NCBI GenBank assembly: GCA_964016885.1
Contig: OZ024746.1
Coordinates: 66,092,001-66,156,000, forward strand
Reading direction: 5' to 3'
Origin: Eledone cirrhosa
Taxonomy: Eukaryota
Length of the DNA stretch: 64,000 nt
In this document: piece after piece, positions 44,369 to 58,466 of the stretch
Numbering within the stretch: position 1 is the stretch's first letter
Layout: every line of letters starts with the position of its first letter
Made by a program: the position numbers and the translations under genes
The notes under the pieces: model-generated
Databases searched by the model: none
What the model was told of the DNA's origin: nothing
What the model saw: the letters and a program-made list of their open reading frames with translations, nothing else

Positions 44369-46416
44369 TTAGGGGTATCTGACGGACATTTGGATCTCTG
44401 ATTTGCTGACGGTGTTTTCCCTTGCACGTTCTGATAGTGCATTTCCAGTTTGACCGACATATAATTCTTCATAATTCGGGCATTTAATGCAGTAAATTAG
44501 ATTTCTGCTTTTGCAGTTCATATTTGCATTTGGGAATATTTTTCCAATTTTTGTTTTCATATATTGACCGGCCTGTATGGATTGACATGTACCGCATCGA
44601 CTATCATTGCATTTAGATACAGTGAATGATTGGTCTTTGTTGTTAAGGTCAAACTTTGCTTTTGTTAGTAATTGCTTCAAATTTTTCGGCTGTCTTTTAC
44701 TAAGAGTCAAAGATCGATCTGTGATTAAGCCTTTTAATTCATTAATTTGAGCAATGATCAGTAGGTTTGCTTTGGCAGTGTTGAAGATATTCTGGTGACA
44801 TGGGTTGTGTGTCATTATAAATGGTATGACCAGTTCTTGGTTTCTTCTTCCTTGGGTTGTCCTAAGTTGTTGTATAGGTATGTTTATAGCCCGCTGTATG
44901 CCATTTTCTATAAGTAGAGATGGGTATTTTTGTTTGAGTAAACATTCTCTTAGTTATGTTAGGCGTTTGTACCTGGTATTCGTATCTTCTACAATGGTAC
45001 AACTTCTTCTGGCTAGTCAGTATGGTATGTTGCGATCTGTATGAGGTGGATGGCACGACTTAAAATTCAGATATTGATGGGTGACTGTGTGTTTATAATA
45101 TATATCCGTGGTAATGGTGGTGTCATTTTTGATTATCAGTATATCTTGGAATGGTAATTTGGTCCTACTCCTCTCTTTTGTGTATTGGAGAGATGGGTGT
45201 AGGTTATTGAGGAGGATATTGAACTCATCCAGAGTATCTAGAGATTCTGTCCAGATGATGAAACAGTCGTCAAGGTATCTCTTCCAAGATTTTTCAATGT
45301 ACTTTCTAAAGTCAGTACTATATTTTTCCTCTATTTCTTGGTAGAGTTGTTGTTCTAAGTATCGCATTACAAGTTCGCGTAAAGGGGAGCAAACTTCGTT
45401 CCCATCGCTGTGCCTCTAATTTGGATGTAATTCTTTCCATTGAAGAAGAAAGTGTTGTTTTCCAGAATAAGTTTAACTGCGTCTAATATAAATGGCGCTG
45501 TGAATCTGGTAGGAATCACTTCTCTATGTTTTTCCACCCAGTATTTAACACCCTTTATTCCTAAACCATGTGTAATGTTGGTGTAAAGGCTTACCACGTC
45601 AAAACTAAGTAGAAGTGAATTCGTTTCCGCGGTTTTGGGAAGATGGGACAGGAAGTCAATATCATCCCGGATGGAACTGGGTATGTGAATACATAGTGGT
45701 TTCAAAATAATGTCAACAAAATTGCTTAGACGGTGGGTGGGGCATGTTGGACCAGCTATAATAGGTCTAAGCTTTAAGTCTTTTGGGTGTAGTAATTAAA
45801 TGTACGCACTGTTTTGTTCTCTTACTGCCAGTTGTATTTCTTTTGACTTGTGAACTTTCGGTAGGCCATACAGGTTGCTGGGTTTTGGCTCAAAATTAGT
45901 TATGTAGTCTCTTTCGTTATCAGTAAGTGAGTTGTGGTATTTTGAAGCCAGGTTGTTGATCTTCTTCATGATGTTGTGGTCTATATTTGACGGTATTTCA
46001 TGATAGAATGTTGTGTCTTTAAGTTGTTCCTCAACCAAATCCTTGTAGTATTCAGCATCCATTATAACAACTGCACCCTCTTTATCTGCTTGTTTAATTA
46101 TTATTGTTTTATCATTTTGTATACGTTTAAGTGCAGACATTTCTGATTTGTTAATGTTTGGCCTAACATTACTAATACGTCTAAGAGGAAATTTAGACAG
46201 GATGTCAATATATTGGTCGAGAGAGATATTTCTTCCTTTTGGTGGAGTGAAATTTGATTTATTCTTTACTAGTGATTCATCACTCTCATTACTTTTATCA
46301 GCGAAGAATTCTACAAGACGTAATTTTCGACAGAATTCTTGGTTATCCTCCTTCAGTTCTTGGTGGTTAACTGTTGGAGTTAGTGTGAATTTCAGTCCTT
46401 TTGACAGAATTTGCAT
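44369..46416 (-). pseudogene. Disrupted PLE RT/GIY-YIG reading frame
   Basis: Four or more colinear ORF fragments separated by stops and frameshifts. Confidence 0.88.
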
Positions 46417-47424
46417 TTCATCATTGTCAAGATCTCTTTTGGATAAATTAATTATTTTAGGATCTACGTGTACAGTTGTTTTGGGTATGTTTCCTCTTGG
46501 AGTTTTTCTTTTTCCGGTTTTTGTTGTCCTGACGTTAAAAAATGGATTTTTCTCTGTTCAAGATTTATAATCCTGTTGGTGTTCGCTTGATGAATTTTGG
46601 TCGTGATATTATATTTGGTTTCGTTATGTATTTAGTCCTATTTTTGGTATTATGTATATTATTTTTCCATTTCTTGTTAGCATTATTTTTTACAATCTGG
46701 GGAAATGACCTAGGTTTGCTTTCAGGTTTAGATCGTTTTTTCGCCCAGTTTCTTGTGGGTAATCTCTGTTGAGAATTTGAGAGTGATCTGGTTATTCTAC
46801 GTTTTGTTTCCACATTCCTTGTGGGTAGTCTCTATTGAGATCTTGAGAATGATCTCCTGGTTTTACTACTTTTCATGGTATGGTCAAAGGAATATCTATC
46901 CTGTTTGTGCTTTTTGTTCATGTTGTGTGCGATAGGGTGTTTTTGTAGAAAGAGCGAAGAGTTATTACCGTAGTTCTTCTTTGATTCAAGGTAAGGTGAG
47001 TGTTTGTGTTGGCACGTGTTCTGGCGTATGCTGTGTTGGTGAGATTGTCCACTTTTAATGCTTTTTCTCAGGGTTCCAGAGTCTTTACCGTAATTTGCAG
47101 CATATTCGTCGAGAAATAATTGTTTCTGAATAATTCTATCAGAACGTGCGCGAGTACACCATCAGCAAATCAGAGACCCAAATGTCCGTCGGATACCCCT
47201 AAGTAACCAACTAGCAACATGTGGTCAGGGAATATTTATAATATTCCCATTCTACAAATTACACAGCCCAAGTGAAATCAAGAGAAAAATCACAGAAAAG
47301 AATTTCATTGATAAATTCAAACCCAAGCTAAATGAACAATAATAATGCTTAGGGGTATTACTTCTACTATGACTATGACTACGACCATGTCGACTACAAC
47401 CCCTAACAACAACAACAATAATAA

Positions 47425-47618
47425 TAATAATTGTTTCTACTTTAGGCACAAGGCCAGCAATTAACCAGTACATTACTGGTACTTTATTTTATCGACCCCG
47501 TAAGGATGAAAGGCAAAGTCAACCTCGGCGGGATTTGAACTCAGATCGTAAAGGGAAGTAACTATGCTGGAAAGCATGGCGTCCGACCCTCTACCGATAC
47601 TGCCAATCCACCGCCCTT
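47425..47618 (-). mobile_element. SINE nested in the right arm of the PLE inverted repeat
   Basis: Full SINE in (AAT)n; the equivalent left-arm site (about 44140-44160) is empty. Confidence 0.9.
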
Positions 47619-47923
47619 AATAATAATAATAAAAGTGATGTTGATGGTGATGATTACTAGAAAATGCTATTTTCATCATTTCTAAAAATAGCAAAACAAT
47701 TGATGCTTTGGATAGGATCAATTAGTAGTCGTTAAACATGTTCAACTAACCGTGATGCTTAAACCATTCAACTTTAGTAATTCAGTGAAATTACACACCG
47801 ATTGGTCGAAATACAGTTTGCAAGATTTAGCATTCTGGAGCCACTTTTCACTGTATATAAGGTACAACATTTACCCATCTCATTACAGTTGAAAATTGCA
47901 AACTTGACCGTCACCACACATTA

Positions 47924-47962
47924 TGAACCTGAAAATTTCGAAAGCATGAAAGTACTTGTTCA
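47924..47962 (+). ncRNA. Minimal hammerhead in the inverted PLE repeat (G8 mutated)
   Basis: TGAAC-CTGAAAA-tttcgaaagcat-GAAA-gtac-TT-GTTCA; palindromic AAGTACTT stem III. Confidence 0.6.
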
Positions 47963-48114
47963 ATTAACACTTAACATTTAATATTCTATCATACTATTTC
48001 ATTATAATACCATTATAAATTTTAAAGGATTGTAAATAAAACGAGTAATTCAGACAAAGTTGGAATTCCTCTTATTAATATAATCATCTATACACAATCA
48101 TACACACCCGTGTA

Positions 48115-48220
<106 letters not shown>

Positions 48221-48312
48221 TATGTGTGTATATATATATATATGTATATATATATATGTATATATATATGTATATATATATATACATATATATGTACACG
48301 TATATATATATA

Positions 48313-48343
<31 letters not shown>

Positions 48344-48346
48344 ACA

Positions 48347-48394
<48 letters not shown>

Positions 48395-48400
48395 CATACA

Positions 48401-48437
<37 letters not shown>

Positions 48438-48732
48438 TCACATACATAAATATATATACATAACCAACATTCTCATTTACCACCTACCTCCAACTGACCA
48501 GTCAACATTCCATCGCCCACTCCCACTCCCACCCTTGATCCCCTCCTTCTTTCAGACAAATTTATCCTCCACTCTCACAACCTCCTGTCCATCCTAACTT
48601 AAATGTCCCTTGTCAATTAAATACCCTCCCGCACCTTTGGTGTCTTCCTCTAGTTCTGTATACATTGCTCCTATGCTTCAGATCTCAACCACTTAGGGAT
48701 ATATAAACATCTATATATATTCATACGTTATG

Positions 48733-48789
<57 letters not shown>

Positions 48790-49072
48790 TCAATACATTT
48801 TAGCTTTTTAGACTTTTACAGGTTTCAATGATAAGGTTGTGGCAATGCTGTTGTACAGATTGTGTTATATACATTTATATAACCTTAGTTCAATTACTAT
48901 CCGAGTTGATTCCATATCAGTATTAACATCATTATTCACGGTCTGAGTTCAAATCCCGTCGAGGTTAACTTTGCCTTTTATCCTTACGGAGTCGATAAAA
49001 TAAAGTACCAGTAATGCACTGGGTAATTGCTGGCGTTGTACCAAATGTAGAAACAATTATTATATCGACTCC

Positions 49073-49291
49073 AGAGGGCGGTGGATTGGCAGTATCGGTA
49101 GAAGTTCGGACGCCATGCTTTGCATCATAGAGTTACGGCTCTTTATGATCTGAGCTCAAATCCCCCCGAAGTTAACTTTGCCTTTCATCCTTATGGGGTC
49201 GATAAAATAAAGCACCAGTCACGCACTGGGGTCGATTTAATCGACTTTCCCCTCCCCCCAAATTACTGGCCTTGTGCCTATATAAGAAACT
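49073..49291 (+). mobile_element. SINE (longer subfamily) inserted at the tail of another SINE
   Basis: 17-bp TSD ATTATTATATCGACTCC at 49056-49072 and 49292-49308. Confidence 0.88.
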
Positions 49292-49699
49292 ATTATTATA
49301 TCGACTCCGGAATGATGAAATTTAGTCGAAACCGGATTGTAACTGAATACCTTGATGCATATTTTCCGCCCTACTAACGATTCTGCAAGTACATCACGCT
49401 CAAATCATTATGCATATTGCAAGTATTTTGGTAAATCCAACTGCCATCCCATGATCTGCTAAATATAGTGGCCAAATCGATCTTTAAAGTAACATTTTGA
49501 AGTGAACATATTGAAGTGGTACATTCAATGTCACCTGTAGTCTGGTAGGGGAGTAGATGACATGAGCCACTTCAGAGAAAGCCCATTTCGGCCATTTTTA
49601 TTCTCATCGTATTCTATTTGTCATTACCCAAGATTCATGAGCAAATGTGAGAGTTGGCCTGAATACCTAATTAAACCTAGCAAGTTTGAATTTTACGCC

Positions 49700-50900
49700 T
49701 ACCACCTTCTTCTGATTACTAAATGCTAATGTTGGTACATTACTGCACCAGCTCCTGCAATTCCTACACTAAATTCGGCCTCCTATCTTCCAACACTCGT
49801 AAACACGGCGCCGAAATACTTGAATTTCTCTACGTGCTTCAGTGGAACTCCATGCACGTGTAGATTGCAATGTACTGTTCCGCTTGAGAGGTCGAGTGTC
49901 TCAGTTTTTACAGCACTGATTTTCAACCCAGCCATACAGCACTTGGCATCAAACCTATCGTCTGCAAGTCGGAGATAACCTTGTGTCATGTTAACTAACA
50001 CCACGTCGTGTGGAAATTCCAGCCGACTGCTTTTACATCCGCCAGTCATGATACCACTTCCAACCCAGCTGTGCATATTAATCCTGTTGAGGTAAACAAT
50101 GAAGAGGAGAGGTGACAGTACGCACTCTTGCCAGAGACCGACTCCTACATTGAATGGTTTCGGTTTAGCACCATTTATCCGAACACAAATACCGCTCACA
50201 GATGCACCTCGTGTACATCAGATGTTGCTGTTTTGATCAGGTTTAGGAAATCTGCAAAGTATTCTCTCCACCACGTGAGGATACACCTCTCTTTAGAGAG
50301 GAGAACCCCAGGCCCATTCTTGATAGCAGATGTAGAGGATAGCAGAAGTCGGCGGATAGTCTGCCAGGAATCTTTATTTGCAGATCTGAAGTCAAATTCA
50401 AGCTTACCCCCAAATTTCCCCCATGTATGGACGCTTTTAATGTCTCTGCTGCGATTCTTCGTGCTTGCATGTACCGCAAGTGCAAGGAGAAGGATTTATT
50501 TCCAAGCAAAGCTTTGAAAGCCTCCTTCTTTGCTCCGATGTCATCTTTGACGTCTTGATAGAAGCAAAGGGTTTTCCAGCCATCCGACGTCACATGAAGT
50601 CATATTCACCCTCAGCATTGAACAACTGAGCAGAAACTGCTGCGCTGAATAATTTCCACTCTGTTTCAACGTCCTCAGTTTATTAAGTCGGTTCTCTGAA
50701 TTTGGATGCAATAGCATCTGCATACCTTGTCCTGATTTCTTTATCCACCAATGCTTCCCACTTTATCATGTAGGTCGACTTGGACCTGGCAGTTTTGTGG
50801 GCTGCTTTGGCTTTAGATAGCTTCACGTTGCACATAGCTAGATGGTGATCAGTTGACAGATCAGCGTCTCTATTAATATAAACACCCACCACAGGATCAA
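49700..50900 (-). mobile_element. Decayed RTE-type LINE fragment
   Basis: STDHHLAMC (endonuclease end), GVGLWQECVLSPLLFIVYL, EFPHDVVL (FADD relic) and HVEKFKYFG; internally deleted and frameshifted. Confidence 0.8.
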
Positions 50901-51890
50901 AGAGATCAGAGACAAAGAATCAGAAGAGCCGAATATCTAAATATTGATCTACCTCTCATTTAGACTTACATATCATCATCATGACAGCTAAATCGTCGGC
51001 GATCCGTTAACGTCTGGAATCTAGGGAAAATTAATAATGGAGCATGCTATTCGAATTTGGATATATGTTTCTGAAAAAAACATCCCTCTCGTACGCTGGT
51101 CTCCTAACCAAGGCAGCACATAATCACAAACGCAACTATATGAGTGTAATATTTGGTGTTGTTGTCACTGTTGCAGTTCTTGCCATGGTCACTGGGTGTA
51201 ACATCGATTGCTGCTGCCTTTTTGTTGCTCATTGTCATTATCATTACAAGTAATGCTGCTGATGTCGTTATCATCATTATTAATGACTATATTATTGTCT
51301 TATATGTGATGGAAATGTACCTGTGATATCCTGGTGCACTGATGCTTAATATATCATTGGGAAGTAATATAACGTATTTTAAAGTAGGTCTCACATATAT
51401 CATAATATATATATTTACATGTATATCAAAATCCACACGATACTTATTCTTAACAACAGTGGTGTCAGGTCATCTTATTTTGGCTTTGCATATTTCAGGC
51501 ATAACGAATTCAAACATCCTACCCTGTGCCCTAACCTTACGCAAACGTTAGTCACTATAACTTCTGGGTCTAATATCTCTTGTATTTATCACTTTACAGC
51601 ACCTAACGTAAATTGCACTTTCGAGGTTACATAGAGACGGTGGACCTGGGAGCAGTCACAATCTTTCGGCCAATAAAGCCGATGCGTAGTTTATTTGTTA
51701 CATAAGATGTGGGATACGATTTTTGAAATCTTGGAGTATGTTTCTGATGTCTTGCGGGCCCATATTGTGCAACCACAGAATGTTTAAGGGATAGAAAGAA
51801 GGTTGGCGAATGCGTTCATATTCGATAGTGATTCGACAGCCATTATGTATGTATGTATGTATGTATGTATGTATGTATGTATGTGTATAT

Positions 51891-51952
<62 letters not shown>

Positions 51953-54638
51953 GAACGTGAAGCCAAGATTGAATAAATAATGTAAGGAATGAAAAGCAAC
52001 TATATATACACCACAATGGGTTTCAACAGAATATTTGGTGGGAAGGAAAGACATCTTGTAAAAGATCAATAGCGATATGGAAAAGAAGTAACAGACTGAC
52101 AGAACAATGGAGAGAGGTGCAGAGGGACGGGAACGAGACGACGAACACTACAGAGAGAGGAAGCATTGGGAGAAAAAGAGGGAGATGGGCAGTATATATT
52201 TTTTTCTTTTTATTCTTTTGTAATAATTTCATAACTTCAGGGAAAGTTTGAATAGATTTCAGGATTATCTTGAACTGGTGCGTGAAAAAAGAGGATTAAT
52301 AGATGAATAAGCTGTAGTAGTTTTCAGCAGTAGCTTGCTGAGGAACTAACCAATAAATAGCAAGCCACCAAGCTAATAACTATGTACATGCTGCGGTAAT
52401 TCATTCCTTGGGTTAAAGCTAAATTCATGTGGGTGTTTATATATTTAGTCCAGTAATTTTGTTGATTATTGGTGGGTGCTACTACATGAACACTCGATAC
52501 TGGAGTCATGTATATCACATCGATAAATACCTAGAGCCAATTATCTATGAAACATACCTAACATTCGGCATACAATAAAAAATATCTTCGTTATCTCACA
52601 CATATATATATACCGGTTACTTTTTACATATATATACCGGTTACTTTTTTCAATTGAAATATAATATCACTCTTGTTGTGTTAGGCCTGCTACTCCTAGA
52701 GTAACACACCTAACAGACCTAACACAATATGTCAGACAATACCACATTTAAGCCATTTCCTAATATATATATATATATATATAAGCATCTGTCCAGCTTT
52801 GATTTAGCTTATCATAACGAAATTGACAGTTGTGGAAGTGGCTAAAGAGAAGCTTTTGTTTAGACATTAAAATGGCAGTTAAAAACGGAGTGGAAAGATA
52901 TGATATTGGAAGACGAGGCGCTGTTAGCCTTATAAAACAAAAACCCATTCATAGGCTGCGGATAGTATACTTATCCATTTACTAATCATTAATAAATATC
53001 TGCACCAATTAACATTGGGAAATATATAAAAGAATAAATACGCTTTGCAAAAGATATCTTTGTGTCTCTATCATAATGATTTTTTTTTATTCATCCAGGA
53101 CATTGTTTCATCTACTAATAAACAAGGGAGTACACAAGTGAGTCGGCATGAATGTAGAAGGAAATCAGGGTAGGTTCAGTGTCGACGGGCTGATCATTAA
53201 GTGCGAAGGTGGAAGCCTGGTGGAATCCAGAGGGTGAGAATTGAGGTAGATGAACACCGAGTATTCTTTTGCAAAAGTTGAAAAGAAGGAAATAAATTCA
53301 CAATATCCACGCTTTAAGATCTCAGTTTAAATCCCACTGGGGTTAGTTTTGTCTTTCACCCCGAGTCGATATAATCGTATAATTTATAAACTCGCAATGG
53401 ATACAAACAGTCATAAACACTACACATACATACGAGTTCACACATATATATTTAAAATCTTTATGCAGATATATGAATACGAAAAGACAAATGTGTCACG
53501 GGCCAATAATCCACTAATCTCGAGAGGGGTCAACACTAACATAAACATTGTTAAAGTTGTAACACGTATTTTACACCACACATATCTCACACATTCTTTA
53601 ATCGTTTAGTGGTGTCAGTCATTACTTAGACTGTCACCAAGAAAAACAAAAACCTTGTAATTATATTATTGATATATAATTATAGAAGCGCTAAACATGG
53701 ATCATAAAACCAGTAAACGTATACTACAAAAGACATTTGTCCAAGATGACATGCGGTAGGACTGAACTCAAAACCAAGAGGTAACGGTGAGGAATACTGA
53801 GCCAGATATTTATACCTGTCCTTACGCATGTATCTGTATATAATTACATCTATAAATATATAGTTGCAGCTGAGGCCCACCTGATTGTGAGTGGGTATAT
53901 ATACACGTGTGTTCGTGTGTGTAAGTCTGCACAGCACTAGAAAAGGGGATGATAAATAGATATACAGATACGTTAAAAGAAAGTTATTGTGAAATGTTTC
54001 TAAATTCAGGATATACAGAAGAATGAAAAAAATAAGAAATAATCTACCTAGATATGCTTAGAGAAAAACTCTCTACAGAATATCTTAAAATAGCAAATAA
54101 GTTTAGTACAACATCCATCGCATTATGCACTGGTTTCTAGTGTCATACTAATTCAAATTATCGAATGTTTTCTGGAGTGTTTTGTATAGGAATTGGTCGT
54201 TAAGATTTCGATGCATGAGATAAATTTAGATCAGATCCATTGATAAGTGAATATGATATCCAGGACTACTGAATATATCTCCTTAATACAAGAATACTTC
54301 AACACTAATTAAGTAGATAAATGACTAGTTATATGAAGTGATTTCTATATTTGGATGGAGGGACAATTATAATTTCTGTGCATGCAAAATTAATTATATG
54401 ACCTGTAACTGTAAATGATTGTAGATAATATGCATCAAGTCCGTTGAATGATGAAAACTGTTCAAAACCTGGGCATTGCCTCCCACACACTGGAGGACAC
54501 TTTCCCACATAGTATATGCCCGCAACACCAAGGTAGCGATTCTCAGTTGTACTGTTACTAGTGTATATATTGCACATTGCAGCGCTTTAGTTTGTATGCG
54601 CGCGCGTATGTGTGCGTTTGAGCGTGTGGCTACCCATG

Positions 54639-54716
<78 letters not shown>

Positions 54717-54832
54717 TAGTCAATTGCAACTAAAACATGTAAATGTTTATCAAATATTACTTTATTCTGCTCAGAAGCGATTCTTAGAGCTGAAATAATT
54801 GTAAATGACCCCATTGAGTGTAAACTCTAAGT

Positions 54833-54904
<72 letters not shown>

Positions 54905-55010
54905 TTGTTTCGCTTGGATACTTTTGCAGCTCCTATTTGGGGTGTTAGGTTCAAATATCTTACTAAAATTTCAATATCAACACCTTAACGTGTGCTTCAA
55001 TAAAAGAAGC

Positions 55011-55095
<85 letters not shown>

Positions 55096-55097
<2 letters not shown>

Positions 55098-56648
55098 AAG
55101 GCGGGTAAAATTCCCGAGATCCATGGACGAGTTCTCTCCAGCGGTCTCTGTCCCTCATTATCGCTGCCATATCCTGCATCTCCAACAGACCAGTGTCTGT
55201 CCTTAGGGCATCAACATATGTTAACCTTGGTCTTCCTCTTCTAGTGTGTCCATGTATGGGCTCCCAAAGGAGCACTGAGTGCAATGTCAACTCTGGATGT
55301 CGGTGAGCATGTCTAGCCAACCTCAGTCTCCTCTGTGTCACTTTTGAGCTGACTTTTGGGATGCTCCCATACAGCTCTGAGTTTTTCATCCTCAGTGTAT
55401 ACTGATTAATGTTCAGAGCTATCCTCAGCATTCTCGTGTAGCACCCATCCACCATCTGAGTGAGTCTCTTGGTCAGTGTCCAAGTCTCAGACCCATACAG
55501 CAGCACAGACTCCACTACAGCAATGAAGAGGCGGATTTTCAGGTCTCTACGAAGGTCCGACTTCCACACCGATCTCAAGCTGTGACACGCCGCCCAGGCC
55601 TTGCTCTTCCTCTCAACCACATCATCTTCCGTATTCCCAATCTTTGGTCCCAAATACAGGAAGTCCTCAACCAATTCCAGCGGCTTAAAGCCTACATTAG
55701 TGATCCCCTCTGGGGAGATCAGGCGGCTGTTTGAGGAACTGGATGTTGAGACAGAGCCCTTCACCAGAGAGGAGCTTCAGAGAGCCAAGAAGCAGATCAA
55801 GGAGGGCAAGGCTCATGGAGAAGATGGAGTGGCATCAGAGGTGATGAAGAGGTGTGATTTTGATGATATCATCCTGGGGTTCTGTAACGGGGCACTGGAG
55901 AAAGGAGTTGCCCCGAATCAGTGGAGGATCAGTAACATCGTCCCAGTGCCAAAGAAGGGAGATCTCTCTAACACCAACAACTACCAGGGGATCTCACTGA
56001 CGTCACTTGTGGCAAAGACCCTCAACAGGATGATTCTTAACAGGATCCAGCCTGAGATGGAGAAGAAGCTCAGGGACAACCAGAACAGCTTCAGAGAGGG
56101 TAGATCAACCACCAGTCACATCCTGATGCTGAGGAGGATATTAGAGGAAGCTAGAGCAAAGTGCCTTCCTGCGGTCATGGTTTTCATTGAATTTAGGAAG
56201 GCCTTTGATTCTGTGGACCGTTACTGCCTGATGAAGATCTTACAGGCTTATGGAATCCCCAAGAGGATAGTGGACCTGATATCACTGCTCTACACCAACA
56301 CCAAAGCCCAAGTCATTACACCTGATGGGATGACAGAGTTTTTTGAGATACTGGCTGGAGTGCTCCAGGGAGATACATTGGCTCCCTACCTTTTTATCAT
56401 CGTAGTGGACTATTGTATGCGCCTTGCACTGGAGAAACACCAGGACTCTGGATTTACTGTAGCACCGGCCCACAGCAGGAGAGTTGGGGCGAAAAAGTTT
56501 TCGGATGGTGAATTTGCCGACGACATAGTTTTGGTGACAAATACAGTGAAGGAGGCAGAGGATTTGATGCGGGAGGTTGAGACTGTGTCGATGAGTGTGG
56601 GGCTGAGAATGAATGAGACTAAAACAAAATATCTGGTAGAGAATATAT
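55096..56648. mobile_element. RTE-clade LINE with inverted 5' part
   Basis: Plus-strand about 55715-56648 encodes RT motifs (VPVPKKGD, GISLTS, FRKAFDSV, GVLQGDTLAPYLF, FADDIVL, KTKYLVENI). Minus-strand about 55720-55096 encodes the continuation (VEDFLYLG, LLYGSETW, RGRPRLT, RDRWR) up to a stop adjoining (TA)n. Confidence 0.92.
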
Positions 56649-57300
56649 ATATATATATAGGAAAATGTTTAACCCCGACGACAGAGCTTAAGCTGGTTTC
56701 AACGGCTATTTCCAGAAATAGCCGTCGAAACGTCTTGAGCTCTGCCGTGGGGGTTAAACATTTCCCTATTACCCACTCTACTATCCTACGTATTGCGTAC
56801 TCTGGTGCGTTATGGTCCATCTGGTTCCTTACCACACTTCCTTCGTTATAGCTTAACTATTTGTTTTATTAAGGCTAAATAACCAGTCTTGTTACGCTGG
56901 GGTTTCGCCTGCTTATCATAGGTTCATGTTGCCTATATATTACAATAGATTGTTATGCATCTGAAATTATAATGATCCCCAGACGACAGATGTTGAATGG
57001 TAATTGCCTAATAGCTTGCTTCTAACGAACTTGTTTCTTCGTAGAAAATCTCAATAGATTTTTGTCTTGGGCACCAATAATTCAAATTTATATATATATA
57101 TATATATGTCTGTGTGTGTGTGTGTATTTAGTGAGAGAGAGAGTGAAGGAGCCATATACTTGGGTTAGTAGAGTGGATAATATGAAGGGACTGGGACCCA
57201 GATGGCTGATCTCCAGCCGTATCAACACCCAGATCCGAATCTAGCTGTTGAAATGGTTGGAGCTCAGCCGTCGGTGTCCCCATTCCTTCATATATATATG

Positions 57301-57393
<93 letters not shown>

Positions 57394-58281
57394 GAACAAA
57401 GAAACAGTGTTGCATCATACCATATTTAATTACATATTACATATGTTTCACTGTATACATAAAATATAAAGAAACCTCAATCTCTGCTTCTACTTGGGAA
57501 TAATCACAGCGAAGATGCTTACGATTAAAACGGCAATTACTTGCAATTTGAATTTATTCTATAGTTTTCAAAATACTGAAAGTGTAACTCGATCTTGTTA
57601 AAATTCGAACTTAGACTGTATAATTACAATGTCGGAAATTGTTCCAGTTATGGTAGTGCATAGCGAAGAAAAAAATATAAACTGCTCTGAGAAAAATAGC
57701 AGGGAGAAATGTGATAAAATGTGATTCCCCTATCTCATTCGACAAAAATATTGATCGATACACGATAAAAATTCTATTAAAATAAGTTGGCGTTTAAATT
57801 CAATTAAATACAAAACAAATACAGTGTATAAATATGAACAGAAAATATAATAAAATTATAACTATTGAAGTGGATACGATGAACCCACGAATTCATAGAT
57901 ATATAGCAAATAGTTTTGTAAATTCTAAATATAGCCCCATCTGACATAACAGATATGTTATTGGAATTTTTTTTTTTTAATAAAACAATTTAAAATAATT
58001 CAAATAATTCAGAAAAGAAACAATAATCGGTATTTAAGGAATCAAAAATTTCGAGGAAAATAACAAACAAAAAAACAGCAGCACCTAAGCTGATTGTCAC
58101 AAATCTAATTATAGAAAAATGTAATTATAATGTTCACACCTGAGGAACAGATACGTGTAAATATGTAACAAATAAAACCTTGCAGGAAGCCTCATAATAA
58201 TATTTGCCATGAAAGATGCAATGTAATTTACTGTTATCTTGTATACGAAGAATGTTTAAATATTAAGTGAGATAATATTGA

Positions 58282-58466
58282 GTTGTTTCTACTGTTGGCA
58301 CAAGGCCAGGTATAACCCAGTACATTACTGGTACTTTATTTTATCGACCCCGTAAGGATGAAAGGCAAAGTTGACATCGGCGGGATTTGAACTCAGAATG
58401 GACAGGGCGTAACTCTATGCGTCAAAGCATGACGTCCGACACTCTACCGATACTGCCAATCCACCA
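58282..58466 (-). mobile_element. SINE copy
   Basis: Reverse complement of the SINE consensus. Confidence 0.88.

Larger units (their letters stand above)
43700..48079 (-). mobile_element. Penelope-like retroelement (RT + GIY-YIG), decayed, with inverted terminal copy
   Basis: Minus-strand ORF pieces LSKGLKF, IKQADKEGAVVIMD, LYGLPKVHK, SFDVVSLYTNI, GTAMGTKFAPLYANL, RYLDDCFIIW, then CGTC...NLIYCIKC...LYVGQTG...ER. 43700-44415 is inverted at 47156-48079. (TA)n lies on the left flank and close to the right flank. Confidence 0.93.

Noticed and set aside
55601-56851. 416-aa ORF as an intact protein
   Set aside because: Chimeric read-through: antisense LINE sequence, then an RT fragment, then (TA)n and a family B hairpin.
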